From Podarcis muralis (taxonomy: Eukaryota), in the NCBI RefSeq assembly GCF_964188315.1, contig NC_135667.1, positions 8,556,001 to 8,620,000 of the forward strand: a stretch of DNA of 64,000 bases. Direction: 5' to 3'. Shown in pieces: positions 61,322-64,000 of this stretch; position 1 is the first letter of the stretch; every line of letters starts with the position of its first letter. The notes under the pieces were generated by a model, which had not been told where the DNA came from, did no database searches, and saw nothing but the letters and a program-made list of their open reading frames with translations. The translations under genes were made by a program, and so were the position numbers.

Positions 61322-61530
61322 ATGCTGCTGCTCTTGATGTTGCTGTTTCTAATAATTCCTGTTTCTAATACCTCTGTCTGGTGCCCCAGGAATAATCCTT
61401 TTTCTGTTCCACATGAGTGGTACCAGCCAGGTGACCTCATCATTGGTGGGATTGTGTCTCAGAGCTATTACATTTTCTATGAAGTTTTATTCAAGGAACA
61501 CCCATCACAGAACCTGTTTGATGTTTCATA
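61322..61530 (+). CDS. V2R gene F exon 1 (3'-partial; remainder lies beyond the window)
   Basis: [43 protein letters not shown]...LFDVS, TA|GTAAG donor; 209 nt (two codons shorter than B-D). Confidence 0.88.
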
Positions 61531-62788
61531 GTAAGAAACTTCCATTCCTCCTCTAGACTGCCTTTCTCTTTTTCTCATGTCTTTCAGACAGGAATCTTAA
61601 GGGGAAGGAATATCTTATCACCAACATTTTCAAGCTGCAACCACATTTTGGCTGAATGGTGTTATTAAAAAGTTGTTTTAATAACAATAATAAAAGCCTA
61701 TCAGCTCACAAAGAATGTTTAATAAAATAAAAGCAGTGTATTTGCAATTTCTCTGCAGTATATATATTAGGAGTGGGGAAGAGAAGGGTGAAAATGAAAA
61801 TTAAGATTACATTGCACAGAAATTCAAAAAAATAAAATTAGAGCTCTACCATGCACTATCCTGCAAAATCTCCAAAGTTTCCTTGCCTTTTGAAAGAGCA
61901 TTATATTTTACTACCTCTTACAGGTATCTAAAGTGATTTAAAGTTTCGATGTGTGCTGAGTTGAAATTACTTCTTAGGTTAGGTGAGATGTGGCTGACAT
62001 TTGTGAGGGCATTTGTCTTTCAATTAAACTTTTTTTATGTGGCTCCTGATCTGAAAATAAAGCTCCATGGGAGGAATAACATTGTGGTGAAACTCCCTGG
62101 GCTTTAACGTAAGTACTGTAAGTGGGATCCAGATCTATTTGGAGGGATCCAGAGATTGGATGGGTTGTATTGCTGCAGACAGGGATTGCCAGCACTTCAG
62201 GTTGGATGCCACAGGGAGACCTGAGGTTGTCAGGCTGAGGCATTCGGCAGCAAGAGAGGCAGGTATTGAGCTGGAAAACCAAGAAAAAAATCTGAGACAA
62301 ATTTTACAACTAGCGGTCTCTTCCAGTGAGAAGGTAAATCCATTCCCACTTGATTCCCCCTTCTCTCAGATGCCCCACAGGCCTAATGACTGTCCTTAGC
62401 TACTGTGGACTGCACACCTCAAATCTGTGGTTTGGATGTGCAAGGAGCTTTCCTGACTCTAACCCAGCTGTGTGGTGAGAAACAAGCCCCACTGAATTCA
62501 ATGCAACTTTCAGATAATGGGGTATAAGATGGTAGCTTTCACGATCCGGAGCATATTTCTTCAGTTAAAAATGAAGTTGTCACCAAATAAAGGATAAACA
62601 GATTTGTTTTATTTATTTTTCGTGATCAGCTAAGGTGAAAAGCCAAAGAACAGCCAGTATGTGAAAGTATCATGCAAAACAGAAATGACCTGTTCAGTAA
62701 TGGATTTTCTCTGAACAGTATGATTTTTATTCACTTTGATGTATTAATCACAAATAAAATAATTTCAATTTGAAACAGAATGTGTCCA

Positions 62789-62849
<61 letters not shown>

Positions 62850-62852
62850 CTA

Positions 62853-63031
62853 TTGTTGTTGTTTAGTCATTTAGTCGTGTCCGACTCTTCGTGACCCCAT
62901 GGACCAGAGCACGCCAGGCACCTCTGTCCTCCACTACCTCCCGCAGTTTGGTCAAACTCATGCTGGTAACCTCGAAAACACTATCCAGCCATCTGGTCCT
63001 CTGTCTCCCCCTTCTCCTTGTGCCCTCCATC

Positions 63032-63035
<4 letters not shown>
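62853..63035 (-). mobile_element. Bov-B 3' fragment between two (TA)n tracts (62790-62846 and 63036-63077)
   Basis: Matches the 3' end of the Bov-B at 12333-12510, with a (CAA)n-type tail. Confidence 0.88.
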
Positions 63036-63077
<42 letters not shown>

Positions 63078-63080
<3 letters not shown>

Positions 63081-64000
63081 GGTTTTGGTGTCCTCGGGTG
63101 TCTTCCCGTGTAAAAGTTGGGGTGTCTAGGCGACGTTTCGACGAGGTCTCACTCGTCATCTTCAGGCTGGTGCTTTCGGCTTCTTGTTACTGGAACAGAG
63201 CAGGATCTCAGTGTTTGAGTTCCTATAAATACTGTTGAGGGGTGTGGTGTATAGCCTCCAATGTTCTGGGCCGAGAGGAAGTTCCCAGGCTAGTGTGCCT
63301 TTTCTTCTTTTGTTCCTTAGTTGCTTGAGGGATATCTTGAGTGATTTCTTGAGTGATATCCTGAGTACCACTTAGGTGGGTCATTAGGTGTGGATTAGTT
63401 GCTAAAGCCTTTGTGTCTTGACCTCTTGAACTTTGTGAAGAGTTTTTCTGAGAAGATGGCTGTAGTTGTGCTCTGGCTTGGCTTCGTGTATAGGGGCGAG
63501 CTGTGGTTTTGTGGCCTGTGCCAGCCAGATCTGTGTAGGGATTGCAGGGGGGTGCAGCATCCGGAGGTGCCATCATGGTTTGGCTACTGGATGGTGTCTG
63601 TAATTTATCTGTGGAGAGGGTCTGGGTTTGGGTCTGGTGTGGTTGATTGGTGATGGCGTTCTGTGTGCCTCTGGATCTGGTGTCAGTTTTTGTGGGGAGG
63701 GCTAATTTCCAGATGTCTGGCAAGCGGGATGTGTCGTCACGCTTGTTCATGTTGTGAGGGTGTTTCTCTATCTCGATGGCTTCCATGATTATTCTCTTGT
63801 GGTGATGTTCCATGTTAGAGAGCAATTTGGAATCTGCAAAATTAATTTCGTGTCCTGTTTCTTTCATGTGTTGGAAAAGAGAGGAAGTTTTTTCTTCTTT
63901 TTTGACGGCATTCTTGTGTTCTGCGATACGTGCATTTATTCGTCTGTTTGTTTGTCCAATGTACGTGGCTGGGCAGACTTTGCAGGGTATTTCATAGACC
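63078..64000 (-). mobile_element. Penelope/Poseidon-type element (GIY-YIG region plus pLTR), runs off the window
   Basis: Same family as 22-25.8 kb with several substitutions and a 9-bp deletion; minus ORF ...[16 protein letters not shown]... Confidence 0.93.

Overview
Squamate genomic DNA; Sauria SINE, Bov-B and Tigger-like MITE content points to a lacertid-type lizard. The window holds part of a tandem array of vomeronasal type-2 receptor (V2R, class C GPCR) genes, all on the + strand with the canonical 6-exon layout. I label them A-F. A is the 3' part only (exon 3 tail to exon 6, 1-3013). B (8038-18919), C (21362-32889), D (38988-46871) and E (51588-59733) each splice with GT-AG junctions into an open 2628-nt CDS (875 aa). 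F shows exon 1 only (61322-61530). Between the genes lie V2R fossils: a frameshifted 7TM fragment, three orphan exon-2 stubs and a broken duplicate exon 4. Many transposons are present: Penelope-like elements with hammerhead motifs, Bov-B, L2, CR1, Rex1/Babar, Sauria and tRNA SINEs, hAT and Tigger MITEs, a solo LTR and Ngaro/DIRS-like remnants. The most unusual structures are: (i) a Bov-B with a fold-back end separating a broken and an intact exon 4 in gene B; (ii) an SGNH-hydrolase retroelement fragment flanked by a perfect 250-bp duplication; (iii) a 1.3-kb block carrying a second V2R upstream element, inserted with an 18-bp duplication upstream of D; (iv) a young inverted-plus-tandem Penelope whose inversion junction creates a perfect Kozak ATG in frame with RT/GIY-YIG; (v) gene-conversion mosaics among the receptors. 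All alignments were made by eye, and repeat family names come from recognition rather than database searches.
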